A stretch of 64,000 nt of DNA from Octopus vulgaris (Eukaryota): positions 141,050,001 to 141,114,000 of the forward strand of contig OX597814.1 of the NCBI GenBank assembly GCA_951406725.2, written 5' to 3'. Positions 41,148-53,957 of the stretch are shown here, piece after piece; the stretch's first letter is position 1, and each line of letters starts with the position of its first letter. The notes beneath the pieces were generated by a model, which had not been told where the DNA came from, did not search any database, and worked only from the letters and a program-made list of their open reading frames with translations. A program made the translations under genes and the position numbers.

Positions 41148-41362
41148 ATCGCCATGTTGATTCGTTAGCTACTGCACGCATTTTTTTTCTCTCCTTCTTT
41201 CTGTGTTTTTTTTCTCTCTGTGTATCTTTCTGTTGAAGAGCGTAGGCTCGAAACGTTAAAGACTTGTTTTATTTATATTTCCTGAGCGCCATACTAATAC
41301 AATTGTTCGTTTGTTTTCCACCTGCCTTCGTCTTTTGTTTATTTTCATAAAGCTTCCCGTTA
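41148..41362 (+). mobile_element. Short hammerhead-bearing element in (TA)n; relatives at ~35278-35468 and ~32235-32410
   Basis: TCTTT-CTGTTGA-A-GAGC-GTAG-GCTC-GAAA-CG-TT-AAAGA at 41225-41262; the 32312 copy has CTGACGA-A-GAGC-CAT-GCTC-GAAA. Confidence 0.65.
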
Positions 41363-42359
41363 TATATATATATATATATATACCATGGAAGAAGTTCCAC
41401 CAGAAAGCAAAAATTTTGTCAGAATTCCATGATATCATAGTCATTAATAGTGGCACTACTACAGTAAATACGTTCAACAAAGTAACTATCGAGTCTTCTA
41501 AGAAACATACTCCACAAGACACATAAACAACACGACCGAATTATACTCTTAGAACAGTAAACCTGTAACACACATTAAAATCATTCACAACCGATTTAGA
41601 ACGAAGTACCAGATTGCTACGTAAACAAATTTAAATAAAGAAAACTGGCAATCATTTGTATCCCACGTAAACCTTAAACCTAACAAAGAATTAATTGTAA
41701 TCATTATCATTGCAATCATTATCATGAACATCTCCTACATGAACAGTCACAAGTTCGCCATAATAACCTCAAATTATATAGCCACATATCGAAAATCAAT
41801 AAGGATATTTTTAAAATTCGAAATCTTCAAGGCCAGACAAAATCAAAAACGTATATCTAAATCAAAACAAAAAAACCCAAACCTTAGAATTTGAAGGAAT
41901 TACTACACTGAATAACATCTACCATTACTAATATTAGTTTCAAATTTTGGCACAAGGTCAGCATTACTCAACTGGTACTGATTTTATCGATAGCGAAAGG
42001 ATGAAAGGCAAAGTCGACCTTGGCGAAATTTGAACTGCAAATGTAAAGACGGACGGATTGCCATTAAGCATTTTGTCCGGCGTACAAACGATTCTGCCAG
42101 CTCGCCACCTTACAATATCAACACTTTTGAGAAAAATTATAACAATTTTAAACCCAAGGAAAACTGAAGGGATATCATACAGATACATCACCTTCCTACG
42201 CAATCCCCAAATGTAGATATAGCTAATCCTTGGCATCACTAACCTATATGTTCTCTTCTCCAAATTACAAATCTGACCCAGGCCCTTACGATCAACATTT
42301 ACGAGACCATCAAAACCAACTGAAAATACATAATGGCAACAATAAAAATAACCTTTCAT

Positions 42360-42557
42360 ACGACGGGGTACTGAAAAGTTCCTGGCTTTAAGGGTATCGC
42401 GAAGGGCTTGGCTGGAGACCCAACCTTCCGAGTTCTGACAGATCACTGCAATAAGTGTGTGAATCTTACGGTGGACTATATTGAACGAAATCATGATTAA
42501 CGATTCTACTCTATTTTCTTTTACCCAAAGTCAAGAACTTTTCAGGACCCTCTCGTA
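42360..42557. mobile_element. mariner-type MITE
   Basis: TA-flanked TIRs CGACGGGGTACTGAAAAGTTCCTGGCTTT / AAAGTCAAGAACTTTTCAGGACCCTCTCG; second copy at ~57500-57700. Confidence 0.75.
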
Positions 42558-42754
42558 CATAATATTTTAAATGCCATCATTGTAAGCAAAACTTTCGACT
42601 GCATTCCCCGGAATCTATTCATAAAAAAAAAATTTCAATATGACAGTATAAATGCTAATAGGAAGCTACCTGTGTATATGAGACAACACTTTCAGAATAT
42701 GCAGTTAATGAAGTGCCGCAAGGATCTATCCTTTCCCCCAGTCTTTTCAGTCTT

Positions 42755-43146
42755 GTGTGGTAAGTAGCTTGCTTACCAACCACATGGTTCCCAGGTTCAG
42801 TCCCACTGCGTGGCACCTTGGGTAGGTGTCTTCTACTATAGCCTCAGGCCGACCAAAGTCTTGTAAGTGGATTTAATAGACGGAAACTGAAATAAACACG
42901 TCGTATATATGTATATATATGTATGTGTGTGTGTGTATATGTTTATGTGTGCTTGCCCCCCCCCCCCAACATCACTTGACAACCAATGGTGGTGTGTTTA
43001 CGTCCCCGTGACCTAGCGGTTCGGCAAAAGGGTCCGATAGAATAAGTACTAGGCTTACAAAAAATAAATCTTGGGGTCGATTTGCTCGACTAAAAGCGGT
43101 GCTCCAGCATGGCCACAGACAAATGACTGAAACAAGTAAAAGAATA
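42755..43146 (+). mobile_element. SINE family A copy
   Basis: Family A match inserted in the LINE RT remnant. Confidence 0.85.
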
Positions 43147-45611
43147 ATCCCCGACACATTTCCAGAAAAGATGCAGCCCCCGTATGTAGATGATGTTACA
43201 CGCACGTCCTTTCACCAATTTCCAGACACTACTTCACAACTACTCCAACCCTATTTAAATCATCTAGAAACTCGACTCCACAGCAACAGATTTAAAGTAG
43301 CACCTGCTAAGTCCACCGTGTTTCTTCTTGAAAGCAGCACAATGAAATTTAACCAGTCCTTATACTCAGTAATACCTTTCACAACATTTTGACAATTCCC
43401 CCATCTAATTCATTTGATAATATTGGTACAAAGGATACTCAATTATATCGACTCCAGTAGTTGACTGGTACTTTAATTCATTGATCTCAAAAGGATTGAA
43501 AGACAAAGTTGTTAATCGAACGTAAAGTACTGCTATTTAAATTCCACAAGGCATCTTGTCCGACGCGTTATCGTTCCTCTCACTCCACCGCTCTCATTCG
43601 TTTGATAATATTGATTTCTTTTCAGTTGACTGATATAAAACTGTCCGCTGGGTTAAGATAATAAGATTTAGTTGTACTAATAAACAGATTAAATTCTAAT
43701 ATGAAGCAAGCAGATATTATTGCTGATATGGTATCATCTCTGGCGTGTGAGTAGCTGTGTGACGTGCGGTTTTAAAGGAATAGAATTTGATGGAGAAAGA
43801 CCAATTCTTTGCTAGAGTTTTAACAACACAGATAATGTCTTTCCTGTATAATGTCATTGAGAAAATTACGCGCGAAGTTTGAATGACCTTTTGGATGACC
43901 CTTGAAAGTTTACATTTCGATTGGTTCGAAACTGATCGATGAATACGCTGTGAGATGTAATAGCGTATAAACCAATAAACTAGTTTCAAGTAATTTCTCA
44001 AAGAAGAATAGACGGATATAATTAGCTTAATCTAGTTTAATCTAGCATCTCGGTGAGATGTTGTACGTTTTATTGCTATATTACAAAGAGAGAACCAGCC
44101 AAGGCTATTTTGCACTTTTACGCTTCAGACTGAAGAGGGGTTCAACATCAAAGAATTGTTATTCAAAACGATATGCCCAATATGTTTGCTGTTAATTTAC
44201 AGAAAGAGTTTGAACTAGTTATCCAATAAAATACCAGAAGATATCGTGCAAAGCTCATCTGAGTGATATCTTGCATGATATATCTAGACTGTTACACTAT
44301 ATACATAATCTAAAGTAACTTGGATTAATTTTCTCAGTAAAACAACAAATAAAATTGCACAATATTATTATTTGAAAATCTACGCAGTTGACAATAATTC
44401 GTCTTAATACCACATAGTATTGCTAAAATATTAAAGTATATTTTTTAGGGGTGAGAGTGTCCTGATTTATTGTACATTAGGGAGGAAACAAAGTGACCTT
44501 CTCAAAACATTTCTAACAAAGACGCAGTAAAATGGCTACGTTTGGAAAGGAAATTGCGTCTCAAAAACGTTCGTTATAATTTGCCGAAAATAGGCTTTCA
44601 TTTAATTAGACTGTTTATCTCTGGAGCTGTTGCTTATAATTGAAACTAAATCGATATTGATAACAGTTTATTTATCAGTCAATTGCATGACGCGTTTAAG
44701 GGTTTAAAACTACTAAGAAACAGCAATCGATATTTTGACTGGTTGTTTGGTAAATAAGAGAAACTTTGCCTTTGTTTCACTCAATAATTGCTTGTCCAAC
44801 TTTTCTAATTAGCTCTAATTGAGGTATTGTGGATGTAAGAAATTCAGTTTGGTCCATCTATCAAATTAATTAAAAGTTTCATTTCCTTAGAGTGGGAATT
44901 AGAAGAAAAGAAGAGGAAATAAATAGACAATATCAGATAATGGCATTGTATGTTATGGGTGAACCTGTTCGGCTGAAAATGATAAAAGACAAAAAAAAAA
45001 GAAGCAAACTGGGGATTGATTTAAAAATTGAATTAATTTTCACAATCTATCGAATAGTAAAAACAATTTTCTGTGAACGAAAATATCTGCAGTAAGAACG
45101 TTCTCCTGAGAAGTGGGAATAACCGAGAGGACGTTGTAAACTGTACAATTAGGCCGAGTTAATCAGCTGCACTTGACATTTGTCAGTTCGATTTCAATAA
45201 ATAAAGGAATATTTTAATGTTACTAGAATTTGAGGTCATTATTTTCTTCAATATTGCTTTATCAACTGTGAGTATTATATATAAAAAAAGTTCCTTTATG
45301 CATCACTAGTTTATAAAGATTGAAATTAAATGCAGAACGGGAATTCAGAATGTTGCATTTCGCTTATAATGACTTCTCATTTCATATTAAGTTTAACATC
45401 GATAAAGCAGTAAGAGCTTCTCAAACTTTTGAAACTTTTCTCACTATCACCGCCCCCAAACTTTCTTTTACTAACACTTTTTTTTATCCCCACCGTGGTC
45501 AGATTCAACAAAGTTAAATTCGCCACAGAAACTTACAGCCGACAAGGCTACTTTGCACAAAGGTTATTTAATTAATGTCATGGAATATCAAAACAATATT
45601 TCGACCACTAA

Positions 45612-46223
45612 AACTGGTTTCAAATCTTGATACAAAGTCAGCAATTCCGGGAGAAGGTGTAAGTCGATTACACCGACACCGGTGATCCACTGATACCTAT
45701 TTAATCAACCCCCGAAAGGATGAAAGGCAAAGTCGCCCTCGGTGGAATTTGTACTCAGAAAGTAAAGACGGACGAAATGCCGCTAAGCATTTGACCCGTA
45801 TGCAAACGATTCTGTCTGTTCGCTGCCTAACTTTTAGACCACTAATACTGATTACAAATTTTGGTACAAGGCCAGCAATTTCGGGGGAGAGGGTAAATCT
45901 GTAACATCGACTCCAGTACTCAACTGGTACTTATTTTATCGACCCCGAAAGGGTGAAGGGCAAAGTCAACCTCGGCGGAATTTGAACTGAGAACGTAAAG
46001 ACGGACGAAATGCTGCTAAGCTATTCGACCGGCTTTGCTAACGATTCCGGCCACTCTCCGCGTTATTTCGACTACTAATATTAAGGCATGGTGTAAAGTT
46101 GCGAGCTGGCAGAATCAGCACGTCGGATGAAATGCTTATTGGCATTTCTTCCGTATTTACGTCCTGAGTTCAAATTCCACTGAGGTCGACTTTGCCTTTC
46201 ATCCTTTTCGGGGTCGATAAAAT
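45612..46223. mobile_element. Three SINE family B copies (two on -, one on + split by the MULE)
   Basis: Family B motifs; the + copy resumes at 47903. Confidence 0.8.
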
Positions 46224-47902
46224 CGTGACCCGACTTTTTGTCCAATTTTAAATAAGCTCTTTAGAAAACAAGGTGAACAGGAAAATTAAATAATCATTGA
46301 GAATTTTATTGATAGGATTCTAGTAAAATACTGTGGAAAGAAGTATTTAAAAAAAATGTAATAAGATATAACTAATGTAATAAGATATAATTTATTACTT
46401 TAAAAAAGTAATGAGATATAACTAATGATTTATTATGATCACTGAAAATTAATACAAATTATATGCCACACTCTTCAAAAAATCAGTTTTTCTTGTTAAC
46501 CCATATTCAATGAATCTTTTGACGCGTTATTCTTCAATGTCGTGTACATGAATTTAATGAATCTCGAAGAATTTGAGTCATTTTACCTTGAACGAACCCT
46601 TCCTACTCCTTCAGAGTTTTGATTAATTTCCAAATATTCAAATGTGCTCCACCCGCCGAAAGCTTTTTCGCAGAATGAATCCTCTCCGCTGCATTATTTG
46701 TTTTGGGAAGATCTTGAAGAATATGCTGATTAACATTCCATACAGTTATCGGGAAAGTAGGTGGTTCTCTTCTTCGTCTAGCACCACGTCCTCTCATAAC
46801 GCCTATGTAAGTCAAGTCGAAGCAAGCGATGAATTCAGCTGGTATTTCTTCATCGTCTATTAATTCTTCTATAGGCCTCTTTGACATCTTTGGCGGGTAG
46901 ACAGGCTAATGCTGAAAAAAAATCGAAGTTTAAGACAGAATTCAGAGTCTTTATTGTATTTTTCTTTGAGGTCTAAATCTGTAATTTTTTGAAATACTGA
47001 TTGGTTCAAATGAAACAAACATGCCACGATAGATGAATTAGGGAATGTCGAATTAAATGCCTTATGAACTGCAACTTCGAAATCTACCATGAGATCAAGC
47101 GGATATGCATTAGATTGCATAATTTTCAATTGCTCGAAAAATAATTCATATATATGTTTTGTTTTATTCGGTAGTAATGCAAAGACCCGTGGAAAACTGC
47201 TATTTTTAACTTGTACATGAATGCTGAAACAGTTGAAACCACTGTTCTGACACAATTTTGAACGTTCCATCACATGCCTAATGATGATATGATGCTATAC
47301 ACTGAAGAGCACTTTCTGATGCCAATACTAGTATGAACTGTTGATCCTCGATACCCGAATCATATCTACATCAGCTGGATGAAGGTGCTCATTAGAAAAA
47401 TAAATAATTTGCAGCTCATTGATTTCTGTTACGGTATGAATTCGCACTGAACACAGCCTTCTTTTCTCACATCTCCAGTATTCTTTTCCTAGTTTTGTAT
47501 TGCTTGAATGAAAATCGTAGATGTAATTACTTTCATCAACTACTTTTCTTTTGTTTTTGATCGATACTATGAACTTTGTCGTTTCCGAATGGGTAAATTA
47601 AAAATGTGTGCACTAAATTTGCTGCACTCTCTATACACAGCACCGTACTTAAGAGAGAGAAGGAAAAAGAGGAAGTAAAACTGTTAACAGAGAAAGGAAA
47701 AGAACGATAATAACAATCCTATTACGAGGCTCGCTATAGTTCTGTGAATATATCATTAGAGATATTTCACCTTGTTTTCTAAAGAGTTAATTTAAAATTG
47801 GACAAAAAGTCGGACAAAAATATCAGACAAATAGACGTCGGACGAAAAGACGTGGACGAAGTGACGCTGGGCGAAGTAACGCCGGACGAAAAGACATAGC
47901 AG
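46224..47902 (-). mobile_element. MULE (Phantom-like) DNA transposon, defective
   Basis: FPRVFALLPNKT, MVDFEVAV, ACLFHLNQS, PKTNNAAE motifs; upstream YWRCEKR (FLYWCH-like); inverted CGACTTTTTGTCCAATTTTAAA ends; 9-bp TSD CGATAAAAT/CGATAACAT. Confidence 0.9.
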
Positions 47903-48142
47903 CGATAACATAAGCAGCAGTAGGACATTGAAGTCGATGTAATCGGCTTACCTTCCTCTCCCCCGAACCTGCTGCATTGTGCCAAAATTTGAAATCAATA
48001 TTACAGCGTGATTTGCACATGCCATGAATACTGAGAAATATTTTTGTAATATTTCAGGGCAATAAAAAATTTTAATTTGTACAGAGACATCAACTGTCCC
48101 TAAAACCCCTAGTAATATAAATTTTCCTATCACTCACTAGGT

Positions 48143-48261
48143 GAAGGCGCGTGGCTTAGTGGCTTAGTGGTTAGGGGCAGTGGTTCCCAGCCTTTTTACT
48201 AACAAGGACCCCTTTCATTTAAATGAATTTTCTCACGGCCCATTTTTAATAATCTTATCCT

Positions 48262-48337
<76 letters not shown>

Positions 48338-48912
48338 TACGGTATATTTGAAACATTACGTTATAAAAATAGGGTTCAGTAAAATAATTTACCCTATTTT
48401 TATAACGTAATGTTTCAAATATACCGTAAATGGTCTTTTTACATACTGAACACTACTTGGTAAAATTAATTAATAATTAATTAATTTTATCCTTTTATTA
48501 TTGACTATATATATATATATATATGAAATTTTGAATTTAGTTCACGGACCCCCAGTACTAACTTTGCGGACCGCCAGGCGTCCGCGGACCACAGGTTGGG
48601 AACCACTGGGTTAGGGCATTCGGCCTATGATTGTAAGGTCGTGAGTTCAATTCCCAGCGATGCGTTGCAGCTTTGAGCAGGAAACTTTATTTCACGTTGC
48701 CCTAGTCCATTCATCTGGCAAAAATGAGTAGTACCTGTATTTCTAAGGGCCAGCCGTGTCACATTCTGTGCCACGCTGAATTTCCCTGAGAACTACGTTA
48801 AGGGTACTCATGTCTGTGGAGTGCTCAGCCGCTTGCATGTTAATTTCACGAGCAGGCAGTTCCATTGATCCGATCAACTGGAACCATCGTCGTTGTAACC
48901 GACGGAGTACCA
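48143..48912 (+). mobile_element. SINE family C copy interrupted by a hAT MITE
   Basis: Head GGCGCGTGGCTTAGTGG resumes after 48608; body matches 58506-58825. Confidence 0.85.
48178..48608. mobile_element. hAT/Charlie-type MITE
   Basis: TIRs CAGTGGTTCCCA / TGGGAACCACTG; TSD GGTTAGGG (one extra G at left). Confidence 0.85.
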
Positions 48913-49317
48913 GATCACCCATCAAGAGGTGGTACTTTGAGAAGCACTGAAATTGGTAATTAACGGTAATATACTGCAAACGATTCAGTCGACAATGTAC
49001 ATTTTGTGTAGCACTTTCTAGCAAAAATCAAATGAAGTGATTACTTAATTTAAAATACGTACTAGAAAGAGTCTTAACCTGACTAGCTTCCGCACAGGTC
49101 AGTAAATGTTTCGTTAACTGATTTCTACTTTAGAACAAACATTTTCGGCTTGGTTTTGAATGTCCGGTGTATTCGTTACTGAGGAGGCTCAATCAGCACA
49201 CGTGTCTTTGAAATATGTTGGAGCTGAAATACGCACTGTCGCACAGCCGTCCTGTATTCTGAAAGAATCTTAAAAAAGATTCTTTAGATTTGAGGATACT
49301 TGTCACTAATCCTCGAT

Positions 49318-52312
49318 ACAAAGAAAACAAAACCTGGGAAGAAATCAAACCTGGAGAAGTTAAATTGAAAAAGAGATTGAATTTATGAGAGGGGAAATAT
49401 CAATATTAAATGAACTAATATGTGGAAATGATGTAAGATCCAGAACAGGAAGAAAGATGAAGAGAAAATTTGGATCCTCACCAAGAGAAGAACTGATATC
49501 AATAAAAGAAACGCTGAAACAAAAAGTCCAAGCAAAAGCCCAAAGAATACGAAGATTTGAGAAGAGAAACAAGTTTTACAAGCAAAATAAGCTGTTCACA
49601 TCCAATGCCAAAAAATTCTACAGAGAAATAGGGAAGGAGAAAGTAACCGTTAAAGACCCCCCTCCCATGGAAGAAGTTCAAAACTTTTGGAAAAGGATTT
49701 GGAGTGACAAGAAGACGTACAACATAAATGCAGACTGGATTATACAAACTGAAGGATCCTACCAAAATTTACAACAACAAGCATGGGAAGACATCACAAT
49801 AGCAGACCTAAGAAAGGCACTCACGAAGGCCCATAATTGGAAATCCCCCGGTAAAGATAGGGTGCCGAATTTCTGGCTCGCATCGCTCCCGTGCGCACAC
49901 GGTAAGCTAGTTCAGCTGCTCAATGGAATTATGAGAGACCCAAAGAAAACACCTGAATGGTTAGCAAGTGGCATTACTTACCTACTCCCAAAGAATAACG
50001 AAACCAACCTTCCAAAAAACTATCGGCCTATAACCTGTCTATCCACCACGTATAAAATCCTAACATCTATCCTGGCGGAGAAAACATATGCATTCATGGA
50101 GAACAACGATATTTTCCCCATTGAACAAAAAGGGTGCCGCCGAGGCTCTTACGGATGCAAAGATCAACTGCTAATCAATCGTATGATCCTTGAGAACTGT
50201 CACAACAAGCGCAGAAATCTCAGCACCGCATGGATTGACTATAAAAAGGCCTTCGACAGTATACCGCATCCATGGATCTTGAGATCGCTGGACATCTTCA
50301 AAATTTCCCCTGTGATTTCAAACTTCCTGAAGCACAATATGTCGTTGTGGAATACGAATCTCCAATTATACCACTCTAATGGAGTACTTGTCTCAGAAAA
50401 TATAAACATCAACTGTGGAATTTTTCAAGGTGACTCACTTTCACCTTTAATATTCTGCATAGCCCTAATACCCCTTACAAGTGAATTAAACAGAACAGGG
50501 TATGGGTATAAAATTGCCAATAAAAAAATAAGCCATCTATTTTATATGGATGACTTAAAACTTTATGGTAAAGACAATAATGAACTTGAAGGCCTATTGC
50601 GCACCGTGAAATCATTCAGCGATGACATCGGGATGGAGTTTGGACTTGAGAAGTGTGCCAAGGCCACTTTCCAGAAAGGGAAAGTGAAGATCACAAATTC
50701 AGTCGTGTTAGATGTTGACACAGTCATAAGAGAGCTTGAGCAAGAACATACATACAAATATTTAGGGATAAATGAAGGCTCTGGTATTCAGCATGCAAGC
50801 ATGAAAGAGAAAATCAGGAAGGAATGTTATAGGAGAGTTCGTGCAGTCCTGAAATCTGAACTAAATGCACGTAACAAGGTGTTAGCTATAAATTCCCTAG
50901 CAGTTCCAGTTGTTACTTATAGCTACAATGTGTTGAACTGGAATATGAGTGAAGTAAAGAATATAGATAGAAAAATACGCAAGCTGCTGAGTTGTAATAG
51001 GATGCACCACCCAAAGGCAGACGTAGATCGCCTTTACCTTCCCAGAGCCCAAGGAGGTCGAGGCCTGATCCAATTTGAACTAGCTTACAAAACAACCACA
51101 ATTGGACTGGCCAAATATCTCGAAATATCGAATGACTGGATGCTAAAGCTCGTGGAAAATCACGAGAGACGAAAGAAGCTTCATTCTATCATCAAGGAAA
51201 GCAAAAAATTTGCTATTGATCTCGTGCAGGATACCCAAACTGAACAACCCGAGGGAAGTACGGCAACTATTGTTGCAAAGAAGGTGAAAATGATGGCAAT
51301 GAAAAAAGCGCACGAGCAATTGGCTGATAGGTGGGAGGAGAAACCTCTGCACGGCAAATATGTGACCCGCAGCAAACAAGCTGATGTTGACCAGAAGCAA
51401 ACCCATCAGTGGCTGCGGAGCTCAGGGCTAAAAGCAGAGAGCGAAGGTTTCATCCTGGCTGCTCAAGACCAAAGCCTATTAACCCGGAACTACCAGGCCA
51501 ATGTGATGAAAAATGGAGCAGACCCAAAATGCCGATTCTGCAACGACATGATTGAAACAGTGGACCACCTAATCTCTGGATGTAAAGTCTTAGCAGCCAG
51601 TGGAGTATAAATTAAGACATGACAGAGTTGGCCAATATCTCCACTGGCTAATAAGTCGGCATTACAATATCAAAACTGCCGACAAGTGGTATAATCACCA
51701 CCCTGAGGCTGTAACTGAAGGAGAAAATGTAACCATTCTGTGGGACTTTCCAGTACATACAGACCGAAACATCAAGGCCAATAAACCAGATATTGTTGTG
51801 AAAGACCAAAACAATAAAGTTTGCTTATTGATCGACATGAGCATCCCCTGTGATCATAATATCTCAGCGAAAGAGTTTGACAAGCTCAGAAAATATAAAG
51901 ACCTACTCATTGAAATTGAGAAAATGTGGCATCTCAAGGCGGTTACAATACCAGTGATCGTAGGAGCACTAGGAATGATCAAGAAGGGAACCGAAAATTA
52001 TATGAGAATGATCCCTGGCTTACCATCCCTGCAAGAAGTGCAAAAGATTGTCTTAACTGGTACATCACACGTATTGAGAAGAGCATTGTCGATGTGAGAA
52101 CTGTTGCTGCTAATGTATTTTAATTTAACTTTTAAAAAAAAAAAAAAAAAAAATTAACGAACTACTGAGTTTGGTTTAATGGCCTACCAATATACACTAT
52201 GAGTTTCTTTGCCCTAGGAGTCGGGAAGACACTCGGCAAGAAATGGAAGAAAATTTGAAAGAAGAAAAAAAAAAAAAGTAAAAATAATAATGATAATAAT
52301 AATAATAATAAT
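49318..52312 (+). mobile_element. Extent of the R4/Dong element including 3' UTR, A-rich end and (TAA)n
   Basis: ORF above; 3' end runs into A-run and TAATAATGATAATAATAAT. Confidence 0.85.
49385..52097 (+). CDS. R4/Dong-clade non-LTR retrotransposon ORF (RT + CCHC + restriction-like endonuclease), 5'-truncated, one frameshift near 51596
   Basis: NWKSPGKD, YRPITCL, EQKGCRRGSYGCKDQL, IDYKKAFDS, GIFQGDSLSP, YMDDLKL, YKYLG, CRFC..ETVDHLISGC, RHD, KPDIVV, IDMSIP. Confidence 0.95.
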
Positions 52313-52473
52313 GACTTTTGATTTAGGGATAAGGCCAATTTTGAGCGTAGGGTGTTATCGATACCATCGTCTTCAGTACTTGACTGGTACTTAATATTTA
52401 TCGATTCCGGAGGGATGAAAGACAAAACTGATGTTAGCGGGGTTTGATATCAGATCGTAAAGAACCGGAACAA

Positions 52474-52533
<60 letters not shown>

Positions 52534-52569
52534 GCGGCGCCCGTACCCCCTTTGGCCTTATATATATAT

Positions 52570-53577
52570 TTCTATTTTCGACAATGCTTTCAGGTTTGTA
52601 GTCGTACCAATTTTTTGCTCTGTCAAGTCCATACTTGTTGCAAAGTGTCCAATTGACAAACCTGGCTATATTGTCGTGGCGTCTCTTATATTCCTTTTGG
52701 GCTAGTGGCGTACTTTGGCTGGTAATATGCCAAACAGTTTCACCGTTTTGTCCACAGATTCTGCAGTTATCTCTTTCAGATGTGTTGTGTATTCTGTATT
52801 TTATGTAGTTTGTTCTTAGTGCTTGCTCTTGGGCAGCACAGATTAGAGCGTCCGTTTCCGGTTTTAAATCACTTTTAGTCATCCACAGCCATCTTTTTTC
52901 TCTGTCTCTCTTATCTTCAATATCCCTATGAAATTGACCATGCATTCTTTTCTTTACCCACCTATTTTTAGTTTCATTCGTTTTCAATTTCTTGTATAAT
53001 GCTTCTCTTTGCAATCTTTCATACTGCAAAAGCTTAACCTTCCTACTTCTAATAATAGCGGTTCTGTGACATTGTTTACATACCATGATATGTTGTTTTC
53101 TTCTGCTCTAATGCTGTGTCCGCATCTAATAAGTCCTCTTCCCCCTCCTTTTCTTGGTATATACAGTCTGTCTGTGTCACTTTTTTGGAGGAGTGATCCA
53201 TATCTAGTTAGCAACTTCCTTGTCTCTTAGTCTAAGCTCTTTAGTTCGTCTACTGTTCATGCGATTACCCCTGCTCCATATCTAAGGAGTGAAACCGCCC
53301 AGGTGTTGATAGCTTCGATTTTATTCCGTCCATTTGATTTTGACTTAAGGATCAGGCTTAGTCTGCGTAAGTACTCCACTTTAATTTTTCTGTCATTTCT
53401 TTTTCCATCAATTTATCCATTTCCAAAATCCCCAAGTACTTACAGCCCATTTCTTCTATCTGTTTCATAACCTCCCCTGACGGTATCGTTAGTCCGTCCA
53501 TACATTTGATTTTGCCTCTCTTCAATACTAACACACCACACTTTCTCAGTCCGAACTCCATTCTGATATTGGCACTG
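52570..53577 (-). mobile_element. Second, divergent and decayed R4/Dong fragment
   Basis: MEFGLRKC, KYLGILE, DRLYIPRKGGGRGL, MHGQF, AAQEQALRTNY, CRICG..ETVWHI, RRHDN. Confidence 0.9.
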
Positions 53578-53867
53578 GTAACACACACACACACACACAC
53601 ATGTATACGCGCACAGACATGATTTTATATTGCCGTGTGTTTCATCTTCTACAATCTTTGTTCTGACTTGGAGAAATTATACCCACTTCTTTTCTCTGTT
53701 ATATATTAGCCTAACTTGTATTTCATTTTCATTTAAAACACAACATTTTTGTTCCCTCGGAGGAGAGATCAATATGCTTGACCTAGTGTTTTCGAAAATT
53801 TCGTACAATCGTCGGACGCTCAATATTTAATCTGCCTATGTATGTAGCTCCTTCTGTCTGTCTGTCA

Positions 53868-53921
<54 letters not shown>

Positions 53922-53922
53922 G

Positions 53923-53957
<35 letters not shown>

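Larger units (their letters stand above)
41380..43395 (+). pseudogene. Old I/Jockey-group LINE RT remnant interrupted by younger insertions
   Basis: Collinear RT motifs SKTFDCI (~42585), VPQGSILSP (~42712), YVDDVT and LQPYLNHL...KVAPAKST (~43180-43320). Confidence 0.7.

Noticed and set aside
43600-45600. Long repeat-poor stretch (also ~54250-55400)
   Set aside because: No convincing ORF, splice pattern or structure seen; regulatory function cannot be judged from sequence alone
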